From: Arcobacter sp.
Lineage (GTDB): Bacteria > Campylobacterota > Campylobacteria > Campylobacterales > Arcobacteraceae
Assembly (NCBI RefSeq): GCF_048571185.1
Contig: NZ_CP182350.1
Coordinates: 63,480 to 127,479, forward strand
Reading direction: 5' to 3'
Length of the DNA stretch: 64,000 nt
In this document: piece by piece, positions 18,686 through 27,459 of the stretch
Layout: each line of letters opens with the position of its first letter
How positions within the stretch are numbered: the first letter of the stretch is position 1
The notes under the pieces: model-generated
Told to the model about the DNA's origin: nothing
Seen by the model: only the letters and a program-made list of their open reading frames with translations
Database searches by the model: none
Made by a program: the position numbers and the translations under genes

Positions 18686-19705
18686 TTATCCCATGGGATA
18701 TAAGATGTCTTTTTGGATTTGTTTAATTTCATCTAGAATTTCATTACTTAACCTTATATCTAGTGCATCTAATGAAGCATCTAACTGAGTCAAGATTCTA
18801 GCACCTATAATAGTAGAAGCAACAAAGTCATGTTGTTTTGACCAAGCTACAGCAAGTGTAACTGGACTCATATTATGCTTTTTAGCCAAATCCATATATC
18901 TAGCTGTTGCTTCCATAGTTTTATCATTGACAAACCTATTTGCCATAGCCTGAACTCTTTTACTTTTGTTTTGAATATAAGAACTAAATCTAGCATCTTC
19001 TGGGTAAAAACCTGCATTATATTTTCCACTTAAAACTCCACCAGCTATTGGAGAGTATGGCAATAGTGAGATTTCTTCTTTTTTACAAACTGTACTAAGT
19101 TCATCTAAAAATCTTGGATTTAGAAGAGAGAAGTTATTTTGAATAGATTCAAATCTAGCTAATTTATTATATTTTGAGATTTCATTTACTTTTGTTAATC
19201 CATAGGCACTATCATTTGAGGTACCTATATATCTAACTTTTCCTTCTTTTACAAGCTCATCAAAAGCCTTTAGTGATTCTTCAATAGGTACAATAGTATC
19301 TGGCCAATGCATTTGATAAAGGTCTATATAGTCAGTTTGAAGTCTTTTTAGACTTCCCTCAATAGCTCTTTTAATATGAAAAGAATCAATTGCTGTCAAT
19401 CCATGTCTTGTAGGTGGTACAAACCAGCCAGAAGCAGCACCTGCAACTTTTGTTGCAAGGATTATAGAGTCTCTTGGTTTTGTTTTTAGCCACTCTCCTA
19501 CTATCTCTTCAGTTAAGCCACCTAGTTTTGCAGTTGGTGGTACTGGATATATTTCTGCTGTATCATAGAAGTTGATACCTCTTTCGTAAGCTTTATCCAT
19601 GATTTTAAAAGCTTCATCTTTTGAAGTTGTTGTCCCAAAAGTCATAGTCCCTAAACAAATATCAGTTACTCTAAGTCCTGTTTTTCCTATATATTTATAA
19701 TTCAT
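18686..19705 (-). CDS. Aldo/keto reductase (Tas-like NADP-dependent oxidoreductase)
   Basis: N-terminus YKYIGKTGLRVTDICLGTMTFG and YIDLYQMHWPD are typical of AKR family members. Confidence 0.8.
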   Translation of the reverse strand: MNYKYIGKTGLRVTDICLGTMTFGTTTSKDEAFKIMDKAYERGINFYDTAEIYPVPPTAKLGGLTEEIVGEWLKTKPRDSIILATKVAGAASGWFVPPTRHGLTAIDSFHIKRAIEGSLKRLQTDYIDLYQMHWPDTIVPIEESLKAFDELVKEGKVRYIGTSNDSAYGLTKVNEISKYNKLARFESIQNNFSLLNPRFLDELSTVCKKEEISLLPYSPIAGGVLSGKYNAGFYPEDARFSSYIQNKSKRVQAMANRFVNDKTMEATARYMDLAKKHNMSPVTLAVAWSKQHDFVASTIIGARILTQLDASLDALDIRLSNEILDEIKQIQKDILYPMG

Positions 19706-19754
19706 AGTAATACCTTTTAATATTTATAGATTTATTATATTACCATTAGAATTA

Positions 19755-20726
19755 CTATTCCATTATACATATCTCTTTTTTCATAATATGTTTCAAGGTA
19801 TTATACGCAACTAAGCCCACTATAACCGTTACACAAATAATAAAAAAATATGATAAATAAAAATAAATAATCTCTTTAGTAATTGAGTAAACTAAAAGTG
19901 TAGCTAAAGCCATAGAAGCTAAAGGAAAAGTAAATGCCCACCATGAAATGAAAAATTTTATTTTTAAAAAGTTTTTGTACATAAAAAATAATAACAGTGT
20001 AAAAAACAGTCCTAAATTAAATAAAACCATAGAAAAAGTATCAAAGTTATGTGACATCTTATAGTATGCAAGAAGACCTACTGTAGGCGGAGCTATAAGT
20101 ATAAAAAGTGTTGGCATAAATTTTTGTGCAAACTGATCATGGAAGATAATCCTATTTAATATAATTGCAAACATAATTATCCAAAAAAAGATTCCAATAG
20201 AAAAGAAATACATCAAAATATTATTACTTAAAAATCCCACTCCTCCAACAGGCACCATAAGGTTTCCGACAATGGGAATAAACCAAGCTGGATTTGAATG
20301 TTGTATGTTCAAGGGTTTATTAATCCAAAAACTAAGAGTGTAAAAGGTAAAAAATAGATGTAATACTGTTCCAATAGTAAATAAACTAAGTGAAAATTGA
20401 ATATTTATAGGTTTAAATAACATAGAAACAAGAATAAAAGATATAGATATAGCTGCAAAAAAGTTTATTCTTATGGGATGAGAAAACTCTTGTTTTACTT
20501 CTTCGTGATATTTCATCATTTTTGTAAAATATGTTATTAAAATAATAAAAAAAACAACTATGGTAAAATAAGAAAGTAGTTCATAAAATATTTTATTTAT
20601 TCCTAATACTTCATGTGCTTTTCCATAAACTAAGCTAAGCCCTGACAATCCCATAACAACTGCAAACATCATAACTGGAAAAAACTGTAATCTGTTCGGA
20701 ACTAACTTTATACTTTCATTATCCAT
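19755..20726 (-). CDS. TDT-family (TehA/Mae1-like) anion transporter
   Basis: About 10 TM helices, 323 aa. N-terminal FFPVMMFAVVMGLSGLSL resembles TehA/SLAC1-type transporters. Confidence 0.6.
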   Translation of the reverse strand: MDNESIKLVPNRLQFFPVMMFAVVMGLSGLSLVYGKAHEVLGINKIFYELLSYFTIVVFFIILITYFTKMMKYHEEVKQEFSHPIRINFFAAISISFILVSMLFKPINIQFSLSLFTIGTVLHLFFTFYTLSFWINKPLNIQHSNPAWFIPIVGNLMVPVGGVGFLSNNILMYFFSIGIFFWIIMFAIILNRIIFHDQFAQKFMPTLFILIAPPTVGLLAYYKMSHNFDTFSMVLFNLGLFFTLLLFFMYKNFLKIKFFISWWAFTFPLASMALATLLVYSITKEIIYFYLSYFFIICVTVIVGLVAYNTLKHIMKKEICIME

Positions 20727-20760
20727 ATTTTGGTACTCTTCTTTTATAAAAGGATTATAA

Positions 20761-20970
20761 ATGGCAAAGAGAAAAGAGATAGTAGATTTTAGAAATAAAG
20801 ATATAACTTATACTCTTGAGGGGATAAAATATAAGGTACTCTCTTTAAATAAAGCTAATATGAATGTGGAATTATCTTGTTTTGAGAAGGAGAAATTGAC
20901 ACAAAATAAAACCCTACCCTTTGCTCATCTTCCAAAAGCTATCAAATCTTTAGTCAAGCCAAATAACTAA
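20761..20970 (+). CDS. Hypothetical 69-aa protein
   Basis: ORF only. Divergent from the TDT transporter gene. Confidence 0.3.
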   Translation: MAKRKEIVDFRNKDITYTLEGIKYKVLSLNKANMNVELSCFEKEKLTQNKTLPFAHLPKAIKSLVKPNN

Positions 20971-21025
20971 ATCAATTATAATCTTTGATTTATTAAAGTG
21001 TTATAAAAAGTTTCATAAGATTTAC

Positions 21026-21766
21026 TTATACTATTAAAACAGATATTACTAATAATATCTCCGATATTTCCAATATAGTACCTAGTGCATCACCATTGAG
21101 GAAACCTACATTTTTCTTTATAAACAAAGCAATAAAATATGAAAATACAAAAGCAAGAATTATAATTACTATAGCTTTAAAGCCAATAAGAAAAATATTT
21201 AATAAAGTAAAAATAATAATTGCACTAAAAAAGATATTTTTACTAAGTGATTCTTTTAATTGATTTACAAAAGTTGATTTAAACTCAAAGGTTTTTATTA
21301 CAAATAAAAGCATTAACCTACTTATGATAATGATTGCAACAAACTCAAAAAGATAATCATTTATAAATAGATATACAATACCAGCGATTTTAAGAGTAAA
21401 AAAACCAAAAGCATACAAAACACCCATAGCTCCAATTGTTGGCTCTTTTATAACTTCATAAGCATCTTTTCCACTATGTTTTGCATAAATAGCATCAACT
21501 ACATCTATGATGGCTTCTGTATGGATAAATCCATAAAGTATCATATAAAGCACAGCACAAATAATAGCACCAAACCAAGATAAGTCAGCTAAAAAATGAT
21601 ATAAAACAAGAGTAATAAAACCAAGAATTAATCCAAGTAAAGGAAGTGAAAAAAGCATAAAAGACAAAATCTCTTTTTTTGATAAGTCATCTTCTTCTTT
21701 AAACTTTACAGGAAGTATTGTAAAGTAACTAAGGGCGAATTTAAATCCTAAAATAAAATTATTCAT
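21026..21766 (-). CDS. cobS: Adenosylcobinamide-GDP ribazoletransferase (cobalamin synthase)
   Basis: Polytopic membrane protein with N-terminal LSYFTILPV motif. 8-nt overlap with cobQ. Confidence 0.8.
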   Translation of the reverse strand: MNNFILGFKFALSYFTILPVKFKEEDDLSKKEILSFMLFSLPLLGLILGFITLVLYHFLADLSWFGAIICAVLYMILYGFIHTEAIIDVVDAIYAKHSGKDAYEVIKEPTIGAMGVLYAFGFFTLKIAGIVYLFINDYLFEFVAIIIISRLMLLFVIKTFEFKSTFVNQLKESLSKNIFFSAIIIFTLLNIFLIGFKAIVIIILAFVFSYFIALFIKKNVGFLNGDALGTILEISEILLVISVLIV

Positions 21767-23153
21767 TTATATTTTCCAATATTTTATTTACATCAAGTCT
21801 TTCTTTCATATTTGAAATAAAGCTATCTATTGTATCTTTTTTATATGCTTTAAAATCAAACTCTTTATAGTCATTATTTATAGCTTTAAATAAGCTAGTT
21901 CTGATATTGTCATTATCAAAAATAGCATGGATAAAAGTCCCTTTTATATTACTCTTTTCATAAAAGATTGGATACTTTTTTGAAATACCATGATGTATCT
22001 CAAAACCTTCAATTTTACAATCAAAGATTTCATAACTAGCTTTTTTAAGAACTTTCTCTTTTTCGAAAACTATTTCATCATCTATAAAGCTAAAGCCCTC
22101 TTCTGTACAAGCTATACTATTTTCTAAAGCAAACTTATCATCAAGAGAGTTAAACATCATCTCATAGCCACCACAAAGCCCTAAAATAGTTTTTTGATAC
22201 TCTTCTACTCTTTCAAACAAACCATTTGATTTAAGCCATTGTAGGTCTTTTATCACTAGTTTTGAGCCAGGTAAAATTATCATATCAAATTTATCAAGAG
22301 AGATACTACTTTCTATAAACTCTAAGTTTATATTACCATCAGCAATCAAAGGCTCAAAATCGTTATAATTGCTCATATAAGGATAAGAAATAACTCCTAC
22401 TCTTATGATGCTATCTTTACTATTTTGAGCATAGTTTTTCAAACTTTGAGAATCCTCAAAACCAAGATTAAAAGGTATATAAGGAAGCACTCCAAGAACT
22501 GGTATTTTAAAATCATTTTCTATGATTTTTATACCCTCATCAAATAAAGATAAATCCCCACGGAACTTATTTACAATCACCCCTATTACATTTTTTTGTA
22601 ACTCTTTTGGAAGAAGATTATAAACTCCATAAATAGAAGCAAAAACTCCGCCCTTTTCTATATCTGCAACTAGTATGATTTTTGTATTGTATTTTGTAGC
22701 GATGTAAATATTTGCTAAATCTTTATCCATAAGATTTAGCTCAACAGGACTTCCAGCACCCTCACAAACTACACAATCATACTTTTCATCAAGATACTCA
22801 AAACATCTATTTACAGCTGGTTTTAAAAGGTCTAAATCTTTATAATAAGATAAAACATCTTTAGAAGCTAATACTTTTCCTTCAACTACAACAGAAGCAT
22901 TTGAACCCTGCCCTGATTTTAAAAGTACAGGATTGAGATGATAAGAAGTAGAAACGTCTAAAACTTTTGCTTGAAAATATTGAGCAACACCAATCTCACT
23001 TCCATCATCACAAACATAAGCGTTGTTTGATACATTTTGTGCTTTAAAAGGAGCTACAGATATTCCTAAGTCTTGTAATATTTTTCCTATTACAAAGGTT
23101 ATAGTTGATTTTCCAGAATCACTACTTGTACCAAAGATTGAGATATTTTTCAT
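21759..23153 (-). CDS. cobQ: Cobyric acid synthase
   Basis: N-terminal GTSSDSGKS P-loop, PFKAQNVSNNAYV...GVAQYFQA, and C-terminal glutamine amidotransferase motif LCGGYEMM. Confidence 0.85.
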   Translation of the reverse strand: MKNISIFGTSSDSGKSTITFVIGKILQDLGISVAPFKAQNVSNNAYVCDDGSEIGVAQYFQAKVLDVSTSYHLNPVLLKSGQGSNASVVVEGKVLASKDVLSYYKDLDLLKPAVNRCFEYLDEKYDCVVCEGAGSPVELNLMDKDLANIYIATKYNTKIILVADIEKGGVFASIYGVYNLLPKELQKNVIGVIVNKFRGDLSLFDEGIKIIENDFKIPVLGVLPYIPFNLGFEDSQSLKNYAQNSKDSIIRVGVISYPYMSNYNDFEPLIADGNINLEFIESSISLDKFDMIILPGSKLVIKDLQWLKSNGLFERVEEYQKTILGLCGGYEMMFNSLDDKFALENSIACTEEGFSFIDDEIVFEKEKVLKKASYEIFDCKIEGFEIHHGISKKYPIFYEKSNIKGTFIHAIFDNDNIRTSLFKAINNDYKEFDFKAYKKDTIDSFISNMKERLDVNKILENINE

Positions 23154-23246
23154 ATTTTCCTATTTATTTCATAATTGATTTAATATTTTCTTGAATAATA
23201 TTTTTACCATTTAAAGCTATTTTCTCGAACTCTTTTGTTTGGGGTT

Positions 23247-23840
23247 CTATTTTTTCTCATCAAGTTTATTTAAAGATCTATTTAAAACTTCTAAATCATC
23301 AAATATTATAAATCTTGAAAAAATAAGTCTTTCAATAATACTTTTATCAAAAGATATAGCCATAGCAATATCAAAAATATCCCTTGTAAGATTGTCTTGC
23401 TTTCTGTATTTTATTTTTTTGGCGATTATATCTTCTATTGATTCATAGAAGAGTTCATAATCCATATCTAGTATTGTATTTTTTATAGGTTTATTTATGA
23501 TTGATTCGTTTAGTAAAAAGTCAACTTTTATATCATCTTTTGTTTTAAGTTGTATATGATGGGTCATGCCATCAAATCTATACTCATTGTTATCAAATAT
23601 TTTTGTTTCATCTATGTACCACTTTGGATTTAAGAAATCAAAAAGCTGAGATTCTGTTATAAATATATCTATATCAAAAGATTTTCTATGATTAAAATGA
23701 AACATAGCCAAGGCTGTTCCTCCACCAAATACCCACCAGTTTTTTATGCTAGATTGCTTTTCAATAGGAGCTAATAATTCATAATAAACACTATTTAATG
23801 TATTTATTTGCTGTTCAAAATTATTTAAGTAGCCATTCAT
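23247..23840 (-). CDS. AbiEii/DUF1814-like nucleotidyltransferase (putative toxin), short form
   Basis: Pol-beta NTase signature GGGTALAMFHFNHRKSFDIDIF and the C-terminal KKIKYRKQDNLTRDIFDIAMAI motif characteristic of AbiEii-type NTases. 20-nt overlap with the upstream HTH gene. Confidence 0.65.
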   Translation of the reverse strand: MNGYLNNFEQQINTLNSVYYELLAPIEKQSSIKNWWVFGGGTALAMFHFNHRKSFDIDIFITESQLFDFLNPKWYIDETKIFDNNEYRFDGMTHHIQLKTKDDIKVDFLLNESIINKPIKNTILDMDYELFYESIEDIIAKKIKYRKQDNLTRDIFDIAMAISFDKSIIERLIFSRFIIFDDLEVLNRSLNKLDEKK

Positions 23841-24387
23841 ACTGTGAAATCACCTTTGTATTGTATTGATTTGTGTAGTATTCATAAAGTTTTTTTAGAT
23901 TTGATTTATCAATATCATAAACTTCACAGTACTTAATAACATCATCATAACTTACCTCTTGAAAAAGAGTAGTAATAGCATATTGATATTTTATATCCGT
24001 AGTTGCTGTTGAAAAAATCGTATATAAATCATCTAAATCATAATGCAATCGCTTATCACTTATTGAGTTGTTTATGGATGATAAAATCCATTTTGCAGTA
24101 GATATTTTTTTCTCTTCTTGAAAGAGCTCATTATAAGGTTTTATAAAATCATATTCTTCTTTATTTAAAGACAAATCATATTCAACTTGCTTCATCAATA
24201 TAAACTCAGGTTTTAAGCCAAAAAACTTAGCAAACTTTTTGGCTGTATGAATAGTAAAACCTCTTTTCTTTTGATAGAGTTCACTTATTGTTTTTTTACC
24301 TATTTGTAAAACTTCACAAAGTTTATCTTGAGTTATTTTATTTGGTTCTATATATTTTTCTTTTAAAAAGTCTATTGGTGCTAACAT
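23821..24387 (-). CDS. XRE/HigA-type HTH protein with uncharacterised 120-aa C-terminal domain (putative antitoxin/regulator)
   Basis: The N-terminal ITQDKLCEVLQIGKKTISELYQKKRGFTIHTAKKFAKFFGLKPEFIL is a typical XRE-family HTH. The C-terminal two thirds have no recognisable family. Confidence 0.65.
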   Translation of the reverse strand: MLAPIDFLKEKYIEPNKITQDKLCEVLQIGKKTISELYQKKRGFTIHTAKKFAKFFGLKPEFILMKQVEYDLSLNKEEYDFIKPYNELFQEEKKISTAKWILSSINNSISDKRLHYDLDDLYTIFSTATTDIKYQYAITTLFQEVSYDDVIKYCEVYDIDKSNLKKLYEYYTNQYNTKVISQYEWLLK

Positions 24388-24390
24388 CTT

Positions 24391-24443
24391 ATTATCCTAT
24401 TATGATAACTTTTATCTAAATTATATTATCGTAATATGATAAT
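24391..24443 (-). promoter_or_regulatory. Two operator-like 19-bp repeats upstream of the HTH gene
   Basis: ATTATCCTATTATGATAAC (about 24391-24409) and ATTATCGTAATATGATAAT (about 24425-24443). Each contains the palindrome TTATC-N7-GATAA. The start-to-start spacing is 34 bp. The first copy begins 4 nt upstream of the start codon. Confidence 0.4.
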
Positions 24444-24466
24444 ATTGTCAATATTTATACAAAAAA

Positions 24467-24964
24467 CTATTTCAACCTCAAAGCAAGTCCAAGTTTCACT
24501 TCATAAACTTCATCACAAATACTTGCTAGCTTTTGTCCGATAATTCCGCTTATGTCTACATATTTACGGCTTACTTTTTCAAAAGGGATTACTCCACTAC
24601 TTACATCATTTAGTACAAAAACTATATTTGCATTTGTTGAAGCTAGTTTTTCTATCTCTTGCAAGAGTTCAGATTCGTCTTTTTCAAGTCCATTTAAAAG
24701 CCACATGGAGATACAATCTATCAAATAAGTGTTATCATCTTTGATGACCTTTGATAAATCAAATTTTTCTTCTATGGTTTCAAATTTTTCTTTTCTTTGA
24801 TTTTGGTGTTTTAAAACCCTATTTTGCATCTCTTCATCACCGTAGCCATTATCATAAGTAGCTATATAGTATGGTTTTTTATTTTTTGAGAGTTCTATAG
24901 TTTTTGCTTCTGCCAGTTTGCTTTTACCTGATTTTTGTCCACCAAAATATAATATCTTCATCAT
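24467..24964 (-). CDS. cobU: Adenosylcobinamide kinase / adenosylcobinamide-phosphate guanylyltransferase
   Basis: P-loop GGQKSGKSKLAE and a size of 165 aa fit CobU/CobP. Confidence 0.8.
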   Translation of the reverse strand: MMKILYFGGQKSGKSKLAEAKTIELSKNKKPYYIATYDNGYGDEEMQNRVLKHQNQRKEKFETIEEKFDLSKVIKDDNTYLIDCISMWLLNGLEKDESELLQEIEKLASTNANIVFVLNDVSSGVIPFEKVSRKYVDISGIIGQKLASICDEVYEVKLGLALRLK

Positions 24965-25560
24965 AATCCTAAAAAGTTTTTGATACCAGTAAATACAATT
25001 TGTGCAGCAAGTGCTGATAAAAATAGCCCTGTAATTTTTGAGATTACAAGAAGTCCTTGTTTACCAATGATACTCTCAATGATACTTGAAGAGTAAAGCA
25101 TGACTCCTATTACTAAAACAGCACTAATTAGAGCTAAACATCCCATAATCATTGATGATGTACTATCAAATGTTGCACCCATTACAAGTAAGATACCAAT
25201 AGTGCCTGGTCCTATTGTAACAGGAATTGCTAAAGGGACAACTGCTAGTTGTGAGATATCTTTGTCTCCGACTTTTCCAGTATCTTTATTTCCTTTTATT
25301 AGCTCAACAGCTGATAAAAACAGTAATGCCCCTGCACCTATTCTAAAAGCATCAAGAGTTATACCAAAGACAGCAAATATATGTTTACCAAAAAATAGTA
25401 AAACTAAACTCATAATCACAACTGAAATTGTAACTTTTATAGCTAATGACTTTTTCTCTCTTGCTGTTGAATCATTGGTCACAGTTAAAAAAACAGACAA
25501 CACAAAAAATGGTGTCATGATAAAAAACATTTTTAAAAATGTTGCTATAAAAATATCCAT
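24961..25560 (-). CDS. MarC-family (UPF0056) integral membrane protein
   Basis: 199 aa, six hydrophobic helices, family-like FIMTPFF and VPLAIPVTIGPGTI segments. 4-nt overlap with cobU. Confidence 0.65.
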   Translation of the reverse strand: MDIFIATFLKMFFIMTPFFVLSVFLTVTNDSTAREKKSLAIKVTISVVIMSLVLLFFGKHIFAVFGITLDAFRIGAGALLFLSAVELIKGNKDTGKVGDKDISQLAVVPLAIPVTIGPGTIGILLVMGATFDSTSSMIMGCLALISAVLVIGVMLYSSSIIESIIGKQGLLVISKITGLFLSALAAQIVFTGIKNFLGL

Positions 25561-25564
25561 AATA

Positions 25565-26623
25565 TTATCCTAAAAAGTTCTCAACTTGTTTTGTTATTTC
25601 TTCTTTTGATAAGCCATTTAGTGCTCCATACATAAGAGCACCACCTGCACCAACACCCTCTTTTGCTTCACCCTCATCATATAATTTAAGTGCAGGATGT
25701 GAAGATAAAGAAAAATCAAAATCAACATAAAAAGCATCTATTTTAAAATCAAGTAGTTCTAAAAGTGCTTTTATATCACTATTTTTATCTTCATATACCC
25801 ATTTTGTAGTGCATAATGATAAGTTTGAAGTGTCAAATTCTCCACCCATAGTTCTCAAAATAGAGTTTACTATTAGAAGTACTGATGCCATCTGTGTTCC
25901 ACCAGCTAGGATTATTTTTGTTTTATTGTTTAAGCCTAAAATAAAGCCAGCATTGAATATCTGCATATTATCTGATACTCGTCCTAGTTTTGCGAATATG
26001 TCATCATCACTTCTTATGTGTTCTAAGGCATTTTTAATTGTTTCATCTCTTATACTTGAAGGGGCTGTTTTAAAAGAACTTGAAAAAAACTCTTTACACT
26101 CATAACCCAAAGCTTCACATGTTGCACGTGCTGTAGTAGTTCCACTTGGGACACTTTCTCCTAAGATTATATAATTATCTTTGCACTCATAAGTTTGTCC
26201 AAAAGCTAAACCTTTTTGGAAGATATCCAAGGCATCTATTTTGGCATCAAGGGCTATGGATTTAGATGGTGATATTCCAAATGAGTGTGTTTTAGAATAC
26301 TCAACTTGTGGAGATACTTCAAGTCCTAAATCAAGAAGTTCTATATTAGAATATGGATTTAAAAGATGAACAGCTCTAGTTATAAGGGCAGGAGTAGGAA
26401 CTCCACTTGGTGTTGTGGCTATCTCACCTAAACTTCTTAGTTCTCCTGTACATAAAAACTCACTGTCAAGGGTTGGAGTTAAGTGTATCTTTCCTGGGAT
26501 ACCAGCCTGTGTTATACCTGCTATGTTTACTGTTTGTGTATTACTAAGGCTTAACATAAAAGTAGCCTTTTTACCCCTTAAAAATTCTGCAAAATCAATC
26601 TTACCTATAATATTTTTTATCAA
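25565..26623 (-). CDS. cobT: Nicotinate-nucleotide--dimethylbenzimidazole phosphoribosyltransferase, archaeal-type (UPF0284/TIGR00303-like)
   Basis: GESVPSGTTTA motif and overall layout resemble archaeal-type CobT rather than the enterobacterial CobT. The cob-cluster context supports the call. Confidence 0.6.
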   Translation of the reverse strand: MIKNIIGKIDFAEFLRGKKATFMLSLSNTQTVNIAGITQAGIPGKIHLTPTLDSEFLCTGELRSLGEIATTPSGVPTPALITRAVHLLNPYSNIELLDLGLEVSPQVEYSKTHSFGISPSKSIALDAKIDALDIFQKGLAFGQTYECKDNYIILGESVPSGTTTARATCEALGYECKEFFSSSFKTAPSSIRDETIKNALEHIRSDDDIFAKLGRVSDNMQIFNAGFILGLNNKTKIILAGGTQMASVLLIVNSILRTMGGEFDTSNLSLCTTKWVYEDKNSDIKALLELLDFKIDAFYVDFDFSLSSHPALKLYDEGEAKEGVGAGGALMYGALNGLSKEEITKQVENFLG

Positions 26624-26631
26624 GTTTTTTC

Positions 26632-27459
26632 CTATATCAAATCTATAAATTTATTTTTAAAAATAATATTATCATAATCTCTATTAGTCAAATATCTTTT
26701 AACACAATAATAAAGTGAAGCATATCTTAAGTATGGGATAAACTTATCTAGTGTTATTGTGCTATTGTATGAGTTTAGAAGTGTTATTATCTCATCTTTA
26801 TTACTGCACCATGACAGAGCAACCACTGCTAAATCAAAGTTAAAATCACCCTCGCAAGCATCACTAAAATCAAAGACACAAGTTAGTTTATCCTCACAAA
26901 AAGTTGCATTATCTAAAAAGAGATCTCCATGAATGACTCCATGATTTTCAAGCTCTATATTTAAAGAAGAAAACTCATCTTGGAACTCTTTGTTTTGGGT
27001 TTTATTTATCAGAAATTTTAATTCATTCTTACCAAAAGTAGAGAGATTATTGTGTTTTTTATTTTTTGTTATTTTATGAAAAGAGCTTAAAAACTCTCCT
27101 ATTTGTCTTAAATGTGTCGATTTTACAAAATCAACTACACTCTCACCTTTTGCTTTAGAAAAAACAATACCTCTTTTCCCTTTTATTAAAACATCATCTT
27201 TTATGATTTTTGGAACGGTAAGATTGCTCACATAATTTAGAAGTTCAATTTCTGCATCAACATTAAATGGTGTAGTTTCATCTTCATATATTTTCAAAAT
27301 ATACTCATCATCTAAAATATACACAGTATGACTTTGCCCACTTTTTGTCTCTTCTAAAGTTTTTATATCCAAAAAAGGTTTTATATCTTTCTGTAAAAGT
27401 TTTGTTTTTACTCCCACTAGATTACCTTGATATCTTGCAGAGTTTTTCTTTTTTCCCAC
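26632..27459 (-). CDS. APH/homoserine-kinase-type-II fold phosphotransferase (candidate L-threonine kinase)
   Basis: Protein-kinase-like catalytic segment GVIHGDLFLDNATF...VFDFSDA. Sits between bluB and cobT. The ATG start overlaps bluB by 43 nt. An alternative GTG at about 27417 overlaps the bluB stop by 1 nt. Confidence 0.6.
   Translation of the reverse strand: MGKKKNSARYQGNLVGVKTKLLQKDIKPFLDIKTLEETKSGQSHTVYILDDEYILKIYEDETTPFNVDAEIELLNYVSNLTVPKIIKDDVLIKGKRGIVFSKAKGESVVDFVKSTHLRQIGEFLSSFHKITKNKKHNNLSTFGKNELKFLINKTQNKEFQDEFSSLNIELENHGVIHGDLFLDNATFCEDKLTCVFDFSDACEGDFNFDLAVVALSWCSNKDEIITLLNSYNSTITLDKFIPYLRYASLYYCVKRYLTNRDYDNIIFKNKFIDLI

Noticed and set aside
23239-23448. 69-aa plus-strand ORF at the 3' end of the NTase gene.
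   Set aside because: It is antisense to the NTase C-terminal region, which carries the conserved RDIFDIA motif. It has no RBS and a low-complexity product.
25100-25573. 157-aa plus-strand ORF. Similar shadow ORFs occur at 809-1000, 1295-1573, 6669-6866, 9435-9656, 12008-12358, 12663-12896, 13862-14203, 17042-17404, 17543-17764, 18014-18283, 25809-26105, 26415-26648, 27797-28128, 30572-30790, 31153-31371, 32940-33197, 42837-43100, 49035-49229, 49458-49694, 50394-50627, 54682-54945, 56672-56872, 60899-61340, 61727-61918 and 63279-63548.
   Set aside because: Each lies antisense to, and wholly or largely inside, a longer ORF with clear family motifs. Their translations are low-complexity (Ile/Phe/Ser/Lys-rich), as expected for antisense frames of AT-rich genes.
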